Of a stretch of DNA of 64,000 nt, positions 49,493 through 59,857 are shown piece by piece. A program made the translations under genes and the position numbers. Source of the DNA: a bacterium (GTDB lineage: Bacteria > Krumholzibacteriota > Krumholzibacteriia > LZORAL124-64-63); the NCBI GenBank assembly GCA_031441465.1, contig JANOEP010000024.1:1-64000 (forward strand), in the 5' to 3' direction. Within the stretch, counting starts at the first letter, position 1; each line of letters opens with the position of its first letter. Below the pieces are notes generated by a model that was not told where the DNA came from, ran no database searches, and saw only the letters and a list, made by a program, of their open reading frames with translations.

Positions 49493-49538
49493 GCTGATCT
49501 CCTTTGCCCGCCCGGCGGGGCGGGATCGGTCCCGTGAA

Positions 49539-49988
49539 CTAGAGGCTCACCGCGTGGGCGCGGGGCAGCTGGGCCTGATGGGGGTGGTCGCTCCCCGGGT
49601 AAACCCGCAGGTGCTTCAGCTGATGCCGCGACAGCTTGTTCTTCGGCAGCATGCCGCGCACGGCGTTGGTCACGACGAACTCGGGGTGCTTCTCCGTCAT
49701 CGTCTGCAGGGGCACCCGCTTCAAGCCGCCGCTGTACTGGCTGTAGTGGTCGTAGATCTTGTTCTGGCCCTTCAAGCCGGTCAGCTTGACCTGCGCCGCG
49801 TTGATCACGATCACGTTGTCGCCCATGTCGAGGTGGGCGGTGAACGTCGGCTTGTGCTTACCGCGCAGCAGGCCGGCGATCTGGGTGGCGAGGCGACCGA
49901 GCGGGATGTCCGCGGCGTCGACCACGAGCCACTCCTTGTCGATCTCGGCCAGCTTCATGTTGTAGGTCTTCTGATCCTGGGTCTTCAA
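49539..49988 (-). CDS. rplM: 50S ribosomal protein L13
   Basis: 'W.VVDA...LGRLA', 'GKHKP', 'GMLPKN', 'HPHQAQ'; TTG start after GGAGG. Confidence 0.97.
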   Translation of the reverse strand: MKTQDQKTYNMKLAEIDKEWLVVDAADIPLGRLATQIAGLLRGKHKPTFTAHLDMGDNVIVINAAQVKLTGLKGQNKIYDHYSQYSGGLKRVPLQTMTEKHPEFVVTNAVRGMLPKNKLSRHQLKHLRVYPGSDHPHQAQLPRAHAVSL

Positions 49989-50222
49989 GTCCAGCCTCCA
50001 CGCGCACCGCCGTCGGTGCGCCCATCGTCCGCCGCCGCCGGTCGCGCCGTTGCCGTGCGCGTCCCCGCGAACCCGCGGCGTAACAGACCGTTGCCCGGCA
50101 GCCGTTCGGTTGCCGAGCCGCCCTCTGCGGGGTCCGGTCCCGTGAATGCACCCCGGTTCGGGGCGCGGACCGCGCAACCTGCGTCCGGGACGCAAGCTGC
50201 ACAAGAACGGAGCAAGAGGGGA

Positions 50223-50251
50223 AATCTAGCAGAACGACCGGTGACTGTCAA
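50223..50251 (-). promoter_or_regulatory. Strong sigma-70 promoter of rplM-rpsI
   Basis: TTGACA-17 bp-TAGATT with extended -10 TG; the -35 overlaps the mtnA stop codon. Confidence 0.85.
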
Positions 50252-51345
50252 GGATGGGAATCGGGCTCCCCGGAGCCGATCCCGGCCAACGACACGCCGA
50301 ACGGGGGCCGGTGGACGCCTCGTTCGGTGACGATGGCCGTCACCAGGTGGCCCGGCGTCACGTCGAAGGCCGGGTTCCAGGCGCCCACGCCCGCCGGCGC
50401 CACGGCAACCCCTTGATACTCGGTGACTTCACGGGGGTCGCGCTCCTCGACGACGACGGCGTCCCCGTCCGGGGCGCCGGGGTCGAAGGTCGAGGTCGGC
50501 GCCGCCACGTAGAACGGCACCCCGTGGGTCCGGGCCAGCACGGCCAGGGGGTAGGTCCCGATCTTGTTGGCCACGTCGCCGTTGCAGGCGATGCGGTCGG
50601 CTCCGGTGATCACGGCATCGACGACGCCGGTGCGCAGCAGGCTGCCGGCCGCCCCCTCGCAGATCAGCGTCACCGGGATCCCGCGCACATGCAGTTCCCA
50701 GGCCGTGAGGCGGGCCCCCTGCAGCAGCGGCCGCGTCTCGTCGGCGTAGACCCGCACGCGCTTGCCGGCGTCGGCGGCGGCGTACACCACCCCCAGGGCC
50801 GTGCCGTAGCCGCCCGTCGCCAGCCCGCCGGCGTTGCAGTGGGTCAGCACGGTCGCGGGGTCGGGCAGCAGCGCGGCGCCGGCCTCACCGAGCGCCCGGC
50901 TCATCGCCACGTCCTGCTCCCGCAGCTCGGCGGCGGCGGCCGCCAGGGCCTCCCCCACCGCCGGCACGCCGGCGCCGGCTGCCACGAGCCGCGCCGCCAG
51001 CGCCGCTTGGCGGTCCAGCGCCCAGAACAGGTTGACGGCCGTGGGGCGGGTCGAAGCCAGCAGGGCTCGGTCGGCTGCCAGGCACGCCAGGGCGGCGCCC
51101 GGGTCGCGGCCGGCGCGCCGCGAGAGGTCCCAGGAGAGCGCCAGACCCCAGGCCGCCGCCAAGCCGATCGCCGGCGCCCCGCGCACCGCGAGCGTGCGGA
51201 TGGCGTCGGCGAGTGCGGGCACGTCCCGGCAGACGAGGGTGGCGAGTTCGCGCGGCAGGCGGCGCTGGTCGATCAGCGCCACGGCACCGTCGCGCCAGAC
51301 GACGACGGGGAAGGGGAAGGGCAGGGCCGGCGGCGTCGGGATCAT
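50248..51345 (-). CDS. mtnA: S-methyl-5-thioribose-1-phosphate isomerase
   Basis: 'DQRRLP', 'VRGAPAIG', 'TRPTAVNL', 'THCNAG', 'ETRPLLQGARLT', 'NKIGTY', 'NPAFDVTP'. Confidence 0.95.
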   Translation of the reverse strand: MIPTPPALPFPFPVVVWRDGAVALIDQRRLPRELATLVCRDVPALADAIRTLAVRGAPAIGLAAAWGLALSWDLSRRAGRDPGAALACLAADRALLASTRPTAVNLFWALDRQAALAARLVAAGAGVPAVGEALAAAAAELREQDVAMSRALGEAGAALLPDPATVLTHCNAGGLATGGYGTALGVVYAAADAGKRVRVYADETRPLLQGARLTAWELHVRGIPVTLICEGAAGSLLRTGVVDAVITGADRIACNGDVANKIGTYPLAVLARTHGVPFYVAAPTSTFDPGAPDGDAVVVEERDPREVTEYQGVAVAPAGVGAWNPAFDVTPGHLVTAIVTERGVHRPPFGVSLAGIGSGEPDSHP

Positions 51346-51980
51346 GCCCGCTCCCGGTCGCGGCGCCGGTCCAGCGTCGCGCGCAGCGCGCCGCCGAGCA
51401 GCGCCAGCGGCAGGCCCATGACGTTGAAGTAGCAGCCCTCGACCCGGCGCACCATCAGCGCCCCGAAGCCCTGGATGCCGTAGGCGCCGGCCTTGTCGCG
51501 CGGCTCCCCTGTGGCGACGTAGCGGCGCAGGGCCGCGTCGTCGGGCTCGAGGAACTCGACCCCGGTGGATTCGTGGCCGCGCCAGGCGCGCTCGGCGCGA
51601 TCGTAGACGACCAGGGCGGTGACCACGACGTGGCGGCGCCCGCGCAGGCGCTGCAGGAGGCGCAGGGCGTCTTCGTCGTCGACGGGCTTTTCCAGCACGT
51701 CGCCGTCCAGCACCACGACCGTGTCCGCGCCGAGCACCAGCCGCCGCGGCTGGCTCGCCGCCACGGCGCGCGCCTTCGCGTCCGCGAGCGTTTCGGCGTA
51801 GGCGGCCGGATCGTGCAGCAGCTTCGCTGCCGCCGTCGCGTGCGCGGCCTCGGCGCCGGGCGCGGGGTGCACGGAGAACGGCACGCCCGCGACGGCGAGC
51901 AGCTCGGCGCGGCGGGGCGAGGCCGAGGCGAGGATCAGCTCCTCGCCCGCCGGCCAGTCCAGGAAGGGGCTCGTCAGCAT
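51342..51980 (-). CDS. maf: Maf family nucleoside triphosphate pyrophosphatase (YhdE-like)
   Basis: 'LILASASPRR', 'GADTVV', 'DKAGAYGIQ', 'NVMGLP'. Confidence 0.94.
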   Translation of the reverse strand: MLTSPFLDWPAGEELILASASPRRAELLAVAGVPFSVHPAPGAEAAHATAAAKLLHDPAAYAETLADAKARAVAASQPRRLVLGADTVVVLDGDVLEKPVDDEDALRLLQRLRGRRHVVVTALVVYDRAERAWRGHESTGVEFLEPDDAALRRYVATGEPRDKAGAYGIQGFGALMVRRVEGCYFNVMGLPLALLGGALRATLDRRRDRERA

Positions 51981-52444
51981 GCGGCGGCGTTCTTTCCCCC
52001 GGAGCGCTCGCGGTCCAGGATCAGGGTGACGGGGCCGTCGTTGACCGACTCGACCGCCATCACGGCGCCGAAGCGGCCCTCGGCGACGACCGGCCACTGC
52101 GCGCGCAGCAGCCGCGCGAAGGCGACGTAGAGGTCCCGGGCCGCTGCGGGCGGCGCCGAGCCCGTGAAGCTGGGGCGCAGGCCCCGGCGGATGTCCCCGT
52201 AGAGCGTGAACTGCGAGACCAGCAGGATCCCGCCGCCGACGTCCCGCAGCGAGCGGTTCATCAGCCCGTCGTCGTCGCCGAAGACCCGCAGGTCCGGCAG
52301 CTTGCGCGCCGTCCAGCGCAATTCGTCTTCGGTGTCGTCCGGCGCGAAGGCGGCCAGCACCAGCAGGCCGCCGCCGATCTCGCCGACGACCTCCCCCGCC
52401 ACACGCACCGCGGCGCTGGTCACGCGTTGCACGACACAGCGCAC
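51974..52444 (-). CDS. dtd: D-aminoacyl-tRNA deacylase
   Basis: 'VVQRV', 'SQFTL', 'RPSF', 'NDGPVT'. Confidence 0.96.
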   Translation of the reverse strand: MRCVVQRVTSAAVRVAGEVVGEIGGGLLVLAAFAPDDTEDELRWTARKLPDLRVFGDDDGLMNRSLRDVGGGILLVSQFTLYGDIRRGLRPSFTGSAPPAAARDLYVAFARLLRAQWPVVAEGRFGAVMAVESVNDGPVTLILDRERSGGKNAAAC

Positions 52445-52471
52445 GACGGTCCCTCCGTGACGCCGCGGGCG

Positions 52472-54652
52472 TCAGTTGAGCTGGTAGCGTTCCACGCGCT
52501 GGACGCCCTCGACGCGCCGCACCGCGAGCAGGACCCGCTCGAGGTTGTTGAGGTTGCGCACCTCGACCAGAAACGACACGACCGCCAGTTCATGGTCGCC
52601 CTTGAAGTCGCCGCTGTGGATGTTCGTGCCGACGCCGCGGATCGCGTCGCCGAGGTCGGCGAGCAGCCCGCGGCGGTCCAGCGCCGTCACGGTGAGCTTC
52701 ACCAGGAAGACCTGGTCCTCGCCCACGTCCCAGGAGACCTCGATCAGACGCTCGGGCTCGATGTTCCCCAGATTCGAGCAGCCGAGGCGGTGGACCGAGA
52801 CGCCGCGGCCGCGCGTGACGACGCCGATCACCTGGTCGCCGGGGATCGGCTCGCAGCACCGGGCGTAGCGCACCATCAGGCTGTCCAGCCCCTGGATCTT
52901 CACGCCGGACACGCGCCGCCGCAGCAGCGCCGCGTAGATGTCCTTGCCCATGTCGACGAGCTTCTCGGGCGGCTTCTTCTCCCGCGGCTCGAGGCGCGCG
53001 AGGACCTTGGCCGACGTGAGGTCGCCGCAACCGACCGCCGCCAGGAGTTTCTCGGTCTCGGTGTAGCCCATCTCCTGGGCGATCCCGACCAGATCCTTGT
53101 CCGGATTGACGTTCAGCTTGTGCCGGCCGAACTCGCGCTCGAGGATGCCGCGACCCAGGCGGACGCTCTCCTCGAACTGGGTCGAGCGGATCCAGCGGCG
53201 GATGTGGTGGCGCGCCTTGCCGGTCTTGACGATCTCCAGCCAGGAGGTGCCCGGGTGGGCGCTCTTGCTGGTGAGGATCTCGATGGTGTCGCGGTTCTGC
53301 AGCTCCGTGGTCAGGCTGACGATGCGGCCGTTCACCTTCGCGCCCACGCAGTGCAGCCCCACCGCGGAGTGCACCTCGAAGGCGAAGTCCAGGGGCGTGG
53401 CGCCGCGCGGCAGCTGGAAGATGTCACCGCGCGGACTGTAGACGAAGACCTCGTCGTGGAACATGTCGAGCTTCATGCCCGCCATGAACTCGCGCGGGTC
53501 GGTGACGTCCTCCTGGTACTCCATCAGCTGCTTGAGCCAGCTGACCATCCGCGAGAAGTCGATGTGCTCGTCCCCCGGTCCTTCCTTGTACTTCCAGTGC
53601 GCGGCGATGCCGATCTCGCTGCGCTCGTGCATCTCGTAGGTGCGGATCTGGATCTCGACGAACTTGCCGCCCGGCGCGCGGATCGTCGTGTGCAGGGACT
53701 GGTACATGTTGGGCTTCGGGTTGGCGATGTAGTCCTTGATGCGGTCCTGCAGCGGCGTGAACAGGCTGTGGACGAGGCCCAGCGCGTGGTAGCAGTCCAC
53801 CTTGGTCTTGACCAGGATGCGCAGGGCGTGCAGGTCGTACACCCGCTCGATCGGGATGTCCTGCGCCTGCATCTTGTTCCAGATGGAGTAGAAGTGCTTG
53901 GGCCGGCCGACGATCTCGGCCTCGACGCCGGCCTCGACCAGGCTCGCCTGCAGCGGCCGGCTCACCTCCTCGATGAGCCGCTCGCGGTCGGCGCGCGTCT
54001 GCAGCACGCCGTCGTCCACGGCGTAGTAGGCCTTCGGGTTCAGCACCTTGAAGGCGCGGTCCTCGAGTTCCCACTTGATCTTGGCCAGGCCGAAGCGGTG
54101 GGCCAGCGGGGCGTAGACGTCCATGGTCTCGCGCGACATGCCGGCCTGGCGCTCGTCGGCGAGGAACTCGACGGTGCGCATGTTGTGCAGGCGGTCGGCC
54201 AGCTTGATCAGGACCGTGCGGGGGTCCTGCGTGATGGAGAAGACGAGCTTGCGGTAGTTCTCGGCCTGGCGCGTCTCGGGGTTGTGCGAGCGCAGGTCGC
54301 TGATCTTCGTCACGCCGTCGACCATGTGCGCCACGTCGGGACCGAACTCGCGCCGCACCGTGTCGAGGTCCAGCGAGGTGTCCTCGACGACGTCGTGCAG
54401 CATGCCCGCGACCAGCGTGTCCACGTCGAGCCGCAGGTCGGCCAGGATGTCGGCCACGGTCAGGGCGTGCACGAAGTAGGGTTCGCCGCTCTTGCGCAGT
54501 TGGCCCTCGTGGGCCTGGCGGCTGCGGCGGTAGGCGGCCCAGAGGCGGTCGGCGTCGGCGCGGGGGTTGTAGGCCCGCACCTTTCGCACGACGGCCTGCA
54601 TCATGGCCTCGAGGGCGTCCCCGGCCGGTGCCGTGTCGCGGTCCCCGTTCAC
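52472..54652 (-). CDS. rel: Bifunctional (p)ppGpp synthetase/hydrolase Rel
   Basis: Intact HD motif 'LHDVVED', 'KLADRLHNMRT', RxKD, 'YQSLHT', TGS, 'CCEPIPGD', C-terminal ACT. Confidence 0.96.
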   Translation of the reverse strand: MNGDRDTAPAGDALEAMMQAVVRKVRAYNPRADADRLWAAYRRSRQAHEGQLRKSGEPYFVHALTVADILADLRLDVDTLVAGMLHDVVEDTSLDLDTVRREFGPDVAHMVDGVTKISDLRSHNPETRQAENYRKLVFSITQDPRTVLIKLADRLHNMRTVEFLADERQAGMSRETMDVYAPLAHRFGLAKIKWELEDRAFKVLNPKAYYAVDDGVLQTRADRERLIEEVSRPLQASLVEAGVEAEIVGRPKHFYSIWNKMQAQDIPIERVYDLHALRILVKTKVDCYHALGLVHSLFTPLQDRIKDYIANPKPNMYQSLHTTIRAPGGKFVEIQIRTYEMHERSEIGIAAHWKYKEGPGDEHIDFSRMVSWLKQLMEYQEDVTDPREFMAGMKLDMFHDEVFVYSPRGDIFQLPRGATPLDFAFEVHSAVGLHCVGAKVNGRIVSLTTELQNRDTIEILTSKSAHPGTSWLEIVKTGKARHHIRRWIRSTQFEESVRLGRGILEREFGRHKLNVNPDKDLVGIAQEMGYTETEKLLAAVGCGDLTSAKVLARLEPREKKPPEKLVDMGKDIYAALLRRRVSGVKIQGLDSLMVRYARCCEPIPGDQVIGVVTRGRGVSVHRLGCSNLGNIEPERLIEVSWDVGEDQVFLVKLTVTALDRRGLLADLGDAIRGVGTNIHSGDFKGDHELAVVSFLVEVRNLNNLERVLLAVRRVEGVQRVERYQLN

Positions 54653-56547
54653 CGCACGTCACCCGGGCGGATGTCCAGCAGCTGCAGCTGGACCGGGTCG
54701 ACCGGCGCGCCGTTGCTGGGCCGCCAGTTGTTCGTGGCGATCTGGAACAGGATTTCCCAGCGCAGGTCCAGCAGCGCGGCCCGGCCGCCGGACAGGTTCC
54801 CGAGCATGGCCTCCCAGGCCTTGCCGGCCCCGAAGCTGATGAACGGCATCGCGAGGGCCGGCGTGCCCCCGGAGCGCGGCTGCCCGGGGCCCGCGAACCG
54901 GAAGCGCAGGTGCTCGCCGCCGCGACCCACGGTCGCGGGGGCCGCGGTCAGGCGCAGCCCGTCGCAGCGGAACACCGGCGCGCGGTTGCCCTCCCCGAAC
55001 GGCTCCAGCAGCGCGCACTCCTGGTTCAGCTGCGCCACCTCCTGCACCGTCATCGAATCCAGCGTCAGGCCGAGGTCGTAGGACTCGGGCACGCCATCCT
55101 GGGCCGGCTCTTCCCGCAAAGCGGCCAGGAAGGCCGCGCGGAACGTGTCGAGGTCCCGCGTGCGCAGGGTCATGCCGGCCGCCTGGGCGTGGCCGCCGTA
55201 ACGGACCAGCAGCCCGGTGCAGCGGTCCAGCACGGCCTTGATGTCGACGCCGGGCACGCTCCGCGCCGAGCCCCGCGACTCCTCGCCCTCGAGGGAGAAC
55301 AGGATCGACGGCACGTTGTAGCGCTCCACCAGCCGGGCGGCGCTGATGCCGATCACGCCCCGGTGCCAGCGCTCGTCGCCCAGGATCAGACCCGGATCGC
55401 CCCGCTCGGCGTAGGGGCGCGCCATGACCACCGCCTCGTCCATGACCCTCTGGTCGGTTTCCTTGCGGCGCTTGTTCGTCTCGTCGGCCTCGTCGGCCAG
55501 GGCGCGGGCCTCGTCGGGATCCCGCGTCAGCAGCAGGTCCAGGGCGGCCTGGACGCGGCCGATGCGGCCGCAGGCGTTCAGCCGCGGCGCCAGCTGGTAG
55601 GCCACGTGCGTCGCGGTGACCGCCTGGCCGTGATCGAGACCCGCCTTCTCCAGCAAGGCCCGCAGGCCGGGCCTGACCGTCCGCCGATCCGTGATCCGCT
55701 CGAGGCCGCGGCGGACCAGCACCCGGTTCTCGTCGATCAGGGGCATCTGGTCCGCGATCAGACCCAGGGCTGCCAGATCCTGGACCGAGGCGAGGAAATC
55801 CTCCGGCAGGCAGCCGGGCTCCAGCTGCGCCAGCGCCTGGGCCAGCTTGAAGGCCACCGCGACGCCGCACAGCTCGGCGTTCGGATAGCGGTTGCCCGGG
55901 CGACGCGGGTTGACCAGCGCGTGGACGCCGGCGGGACGGGAGTCGAACAGGTGGTGGTCGAGCACCACGACGTCCATGCCGCCGGCCAGGGCCACGGCGA
56001 TCTCATCGTGCGCGGCCGAACCGGTGTCCACGGTCACGAGCAGGCCGACGCCGGCGGCGGCCCAGACGTCGAGCATGCGCCGGGCCACGCCGTAGCCGTC
56101 GCGGGCGCGGTCGGGCACGAACGGGGGTTGGAGTTCGCAGCGGCGGCCCTCCACGTTCAGGGCGCGCAGGAGTTCGGCCAGCAGGGCGGTGCCGGTCAGG
56201 CCGTCGACGTCGAAGTCGCCGTGGACGGCGACCTTCTCGCCGGCGCTCGCGGCGCTCAGCAGGCGTCTGGCGGCCGGCTCGATCTCATCCAGCAGCAGGG
56301 GGTCGTGGAGATGCTCGATCTCGGGGTAGAAGAAGCGCTCGAGGGCTTCCGCGCCGACGACGCCGCGCACCGCGAGCAGGGCGACGAGGTGCCCGGACAC
56401 CCGTCGCGACAGCGGCAGGGCGCGGCTGATCGCTTCGAGCACCTCCGGGTCGGGCACGCCGGCGGCGCGCCAGGCGCGCCCGCTCAGGACGCCGGGGCGT
56501 CCCGGCGCCGCGGGCAGGCCCACGGCCGGAATCGGGACCGGATCCAC
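54649..56547 (-). CDS. recJ: ssDNA-specific exonuclease RecJ
   Basis: 'GDFDVDG', 'TVDTG', 'DHH', 'PRLNACGR', 'GSARS', 'GGH..AAG', 'EPFGEGN'. Confidence 0.95.
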   Translation of the reverse strand: MDPVPIPAVGLPAAPGRPGVLSGRAWRAAGVPDPEVLEAISRALPLSRRVSGHLVALLAVRGVVGAEALERFFYPEIEHLHDPLLLDEIEPAARRLLSAASAGEKVAVHGDFDVDGLTGTALLAELLRALNVEGRRCELQPPFVPDRARDGYGVARRMLDVWAAAGVGLLVTVDTGSAAHDEIAVALAGGMDVVVLDHHLFDSRPAGVHALVNPRRPGNRYPNAELCGVAVAFKLAQALAQLEPGCLPEDFLASVQDLAALGLIADQMPLIDENRVLVRRGLERITDRRTVRPGLRALLEKAGLDHGQAVTATHVAYQLAPRLNACGRIGRVQAALDLLLTRDPDEARALADEADETNKRRKETDQRVMDEAVVMARPYAERGDPGLILGDERWHRGVIGISAARLVERYNVPSILFSLEGEESRGSARSVPGVDIKAVLDRCTGLLVRYGGHAQAAGMTLRTRDLDTFRAAFLAALREEPAQDGVPESYDLGLTLDSMTVQEVAQLNQECALLEPFGEGNRAPVFRCDGLRLTAAPATVGRGGEHLRFRFAGPGQPRSGGTPALAMPFISFGAGKAWEAMLGNLSGGRAALLDLRWEILFQIATNNWRPSNGAPVDPVQLQLLDIRPGDVR

Positions 56548-56635
56548 GCCGCCGCTCCCGCCGAATCCCAACTCGTACTGCAACGCGCGTCTCCATACTG
56601 CGGCGCGGTCCGCGACCGCGGCGCGGCGAAAGGAC

Positions 56636-56995
56636 GGGAAGTCGGTCGTAAGCCGGGTTCTGTTGCCGCATCGCGGCGACGACCATGTATCTGGGTCCGG
56701 CGTTTCCGCCGGCCTCAAGCGACCTACCCGGGAGTCCTTCGAGGCGGGCCACCTCTGCTCCCCTATGCGGTCTTGCTCCGGGTGGGGTTTGCCATGCGAC
56801 GCCTGTCACCAGGCGCCCGGTGAGCTCTTACCTCGCCTTTTCACCCTTACCGCGACCTGACGGCCGAGGCGGTATCTTTTCTGTGGCACTTTCCGTGGGA
56901 TCACTCCCCCTGGGGATTACCCAGCACCCTGCCCTGTGGAGCCCGGACTTTCCTCGAATCCCTCGCGGGACCCGCGGTCGTCTCCCCGACTTCCC
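56636..56995 (-). ncRNA. rnpB: RNase P RNA (type A)
   Basis: GAGGAAAGTCCGGGCTCC, GGAAAGTGCCACAGAAA, ACAGAACCCGGCTTA; P1 GGGAAGTCGG/CCGACTTCCC. Confidence 0.97.
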
Positions 56996-57002
56996 TGCCC
57001 TC

Positions 57003-57031
57003 ATCATAGACGCTGGCGCCGTCCGTGTCAC
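57003..57031 (-). promoter_or_regulatory. rnpB sigma-70 promoter
   Basis: GTGACA-17 bp-TATGAT ending 7 bp before P1. Confidence 0.75.
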
Positions 57032-57066
57032 GGATCGGCTGCAGGGATGGTCGGCGGCGGGGGGAT

Positions 57067-57810
57067 TCAGTCGGGCAGCTGCCCGTCGAGGGCGAGGTTC
57101 GCCATGACGTCGGCGAGGGTGTTGCGTTCGCGTCGGATATGCCGCACGGCGAAGCCGTCCAGTTCGCGGATCAGGTCCATCACCTGCCGGTAGAACGGCA
57201 GCAGGTCCTGGCTCTTGACGCGGTACTGCCCCGAAATCTGCCGGGCCACCAGTTCGCTGTCGAGCTGCAGGCTGACCCGCGAGGCCCCCCAGCCGGCGGC
57301 CAGTTCGAGGGCGCGCAGCACGGCCCGGTACTCGGCCACGTTGTTGGTGGCGACGCCGATCGCCTCGGCGTGGCGGGCGAGCAGGCCGCCGCCCTTCAGA
57401 CCGAAGACGATCCCGACCGACGCCGGACCGGGATTGCCGCGGCTCGCGCCGTCGGTCCACACTTCCAGCACCGGCGAGCCCGTCGCCGGCAGGGGCGAGG
57501 CGGAGAGGCCGCTCGCCGCCGGCACCGCGGCCAGTTCCGGAGGCAGAGGGTTGGCCGCAGGTTTGCGCCGGCCGCGCGAAGCGGCGCCCTTCGTCGTGGT
57601 CGCAGGTGCGACGTCGGCCTCGGCGGCGGGCGCGGAGTCCGCCGCGGGCGTCTCGGTCTCGTCGGCCAGCTCGCGCCGCCACTGGCGCAGGCGCCGCTTG
57701 AGATCGCCCGGCGTCAGACCGCACTCGCGGGCGAGCGAGCGCAGGTTCTCGGTGCGCTCCAGGGCGAGCAGGAGGTCGCCGAGGGTGACCGGCTGTGCGG
57801 GTTCGGTCAT
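57067..57810 (-). CDS. rnhA: Ribonuclease HI family protein with N-terminal extension
   Basis: 'WTDGASRGNPG', 'TNNVAEY', 'DSELV..Q..G.Y.VK', 'HI.RE.N..AD..AN'. Confidence 0.92.
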   Translation of the reverse strand: MTEPAQPVTLGDLLLALERTENLRSLARECGLTPGDLKRRLRQWRRELADETETPAADSAPAAEADVAPATTTKGAASRGRRKPAANPLPPELAAVPAASGLSASPLPATGSPVLEVWTDGASRGNPGPASVGIVFGLKGGGLLARHAEAIGVATNNVAEYRAVLRALELAAGWGASRVSLQLDSELVARQISGQYRVKSQDLLPFYRQVMDLIRELDGFAVRHIRRERNTLADVMANLALDGQLPD

Positions 57811-57844
57811 CGCCATCTCCGTTGTCACCCGGGATAGGGCACCC

Positions 57845-57869
57845 AAGAAAAAGGGTGCCGGAGCACCCT
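57845..57869 (-). terminator. Intrinsic terminator after the tRNA pair
   Basis: AGGGTGC-TCCG-GCACCCT-TTTTCTT. Confidence 0.75.
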
Positions 57870-57974
57870 GCGGCGTACGCGCGTTCCCCGACCGGCCGGC
57901 GACCGCGCCGCGGCGCCGGCGTGCAGCAGGACCGCCTGGTCGCGGACGGCGCCCCGCGGGAACGCGGGCGGGGC

Positions 57975-58051
57975 TGGTGGGCGATACTGGACTCGAACCA
58001 GTGACCTCTCGCGTGTGAGGCGAGCGCTCTAGCCAGCTGAGCTAATCGCCC
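57975..58051 (-). tRNA. tRNA-Val (CAC)
   Basis: Full cloverleaf GGGCGAT...CTCGC-CT-CAC-AC-GCGAG...TTCGAGT...ACCA, 77 nt. Confidence 0.97.
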
Positions 58052-58102
58052 GATCTTCGCGTTCCCCTCGAGGACGGCGGCGGTCCTGCAGGTTCCGATG
58101 CC

Positions 58103-58178
58103 TGGTGGGCCCACCAGGATTCGAACCTGGGTTCAACCGGTTATGAGCCGGTCGCCTTAACCGCTTGGCCATGGGCCC
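58103..58178 (-). tRNA. tRNA-Ile2 (CAT, lysidine-type); Met less likely
   Basis: 76 nt, GGGCCCA acceptor stem (G1-C72, so not fMet), CAT anticodon, located after rpoD like ileX. Confidence 0.85.
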
Positions 58179-58193
58179 ACGATCCGGCCGCTC

Positions 58194-58218
58194 ATGATAG
58201 GAAACCCCGCGGGCGGGG

Positions 58219-58222
<4 letters not shown>
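58194..58222 (-). promoter_or_regulatory. tRNA operon sigma-70 promoter
   Basis: TTGACC-17 bp-TATCAT then GC-rich discriminator; the -35 overlaps the rpoD stop codon. Confidence 0.8.
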
Positions 58223-59853
<1,631 letters not shown>

Positions 59854-59857
59854 AGGC

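Noticed and set aside
56548..56718. N-terminal extension of RecJ given by the ORF track
   Set aside because: It overlaps the RNase P RNA; a GTG with an RBS at 56547 fits better
57870..58178. Integrated element at the tRNA 3' ends
   Set aside because: No integrase, no duplicated tRNA 3' end, and core genes on both sides
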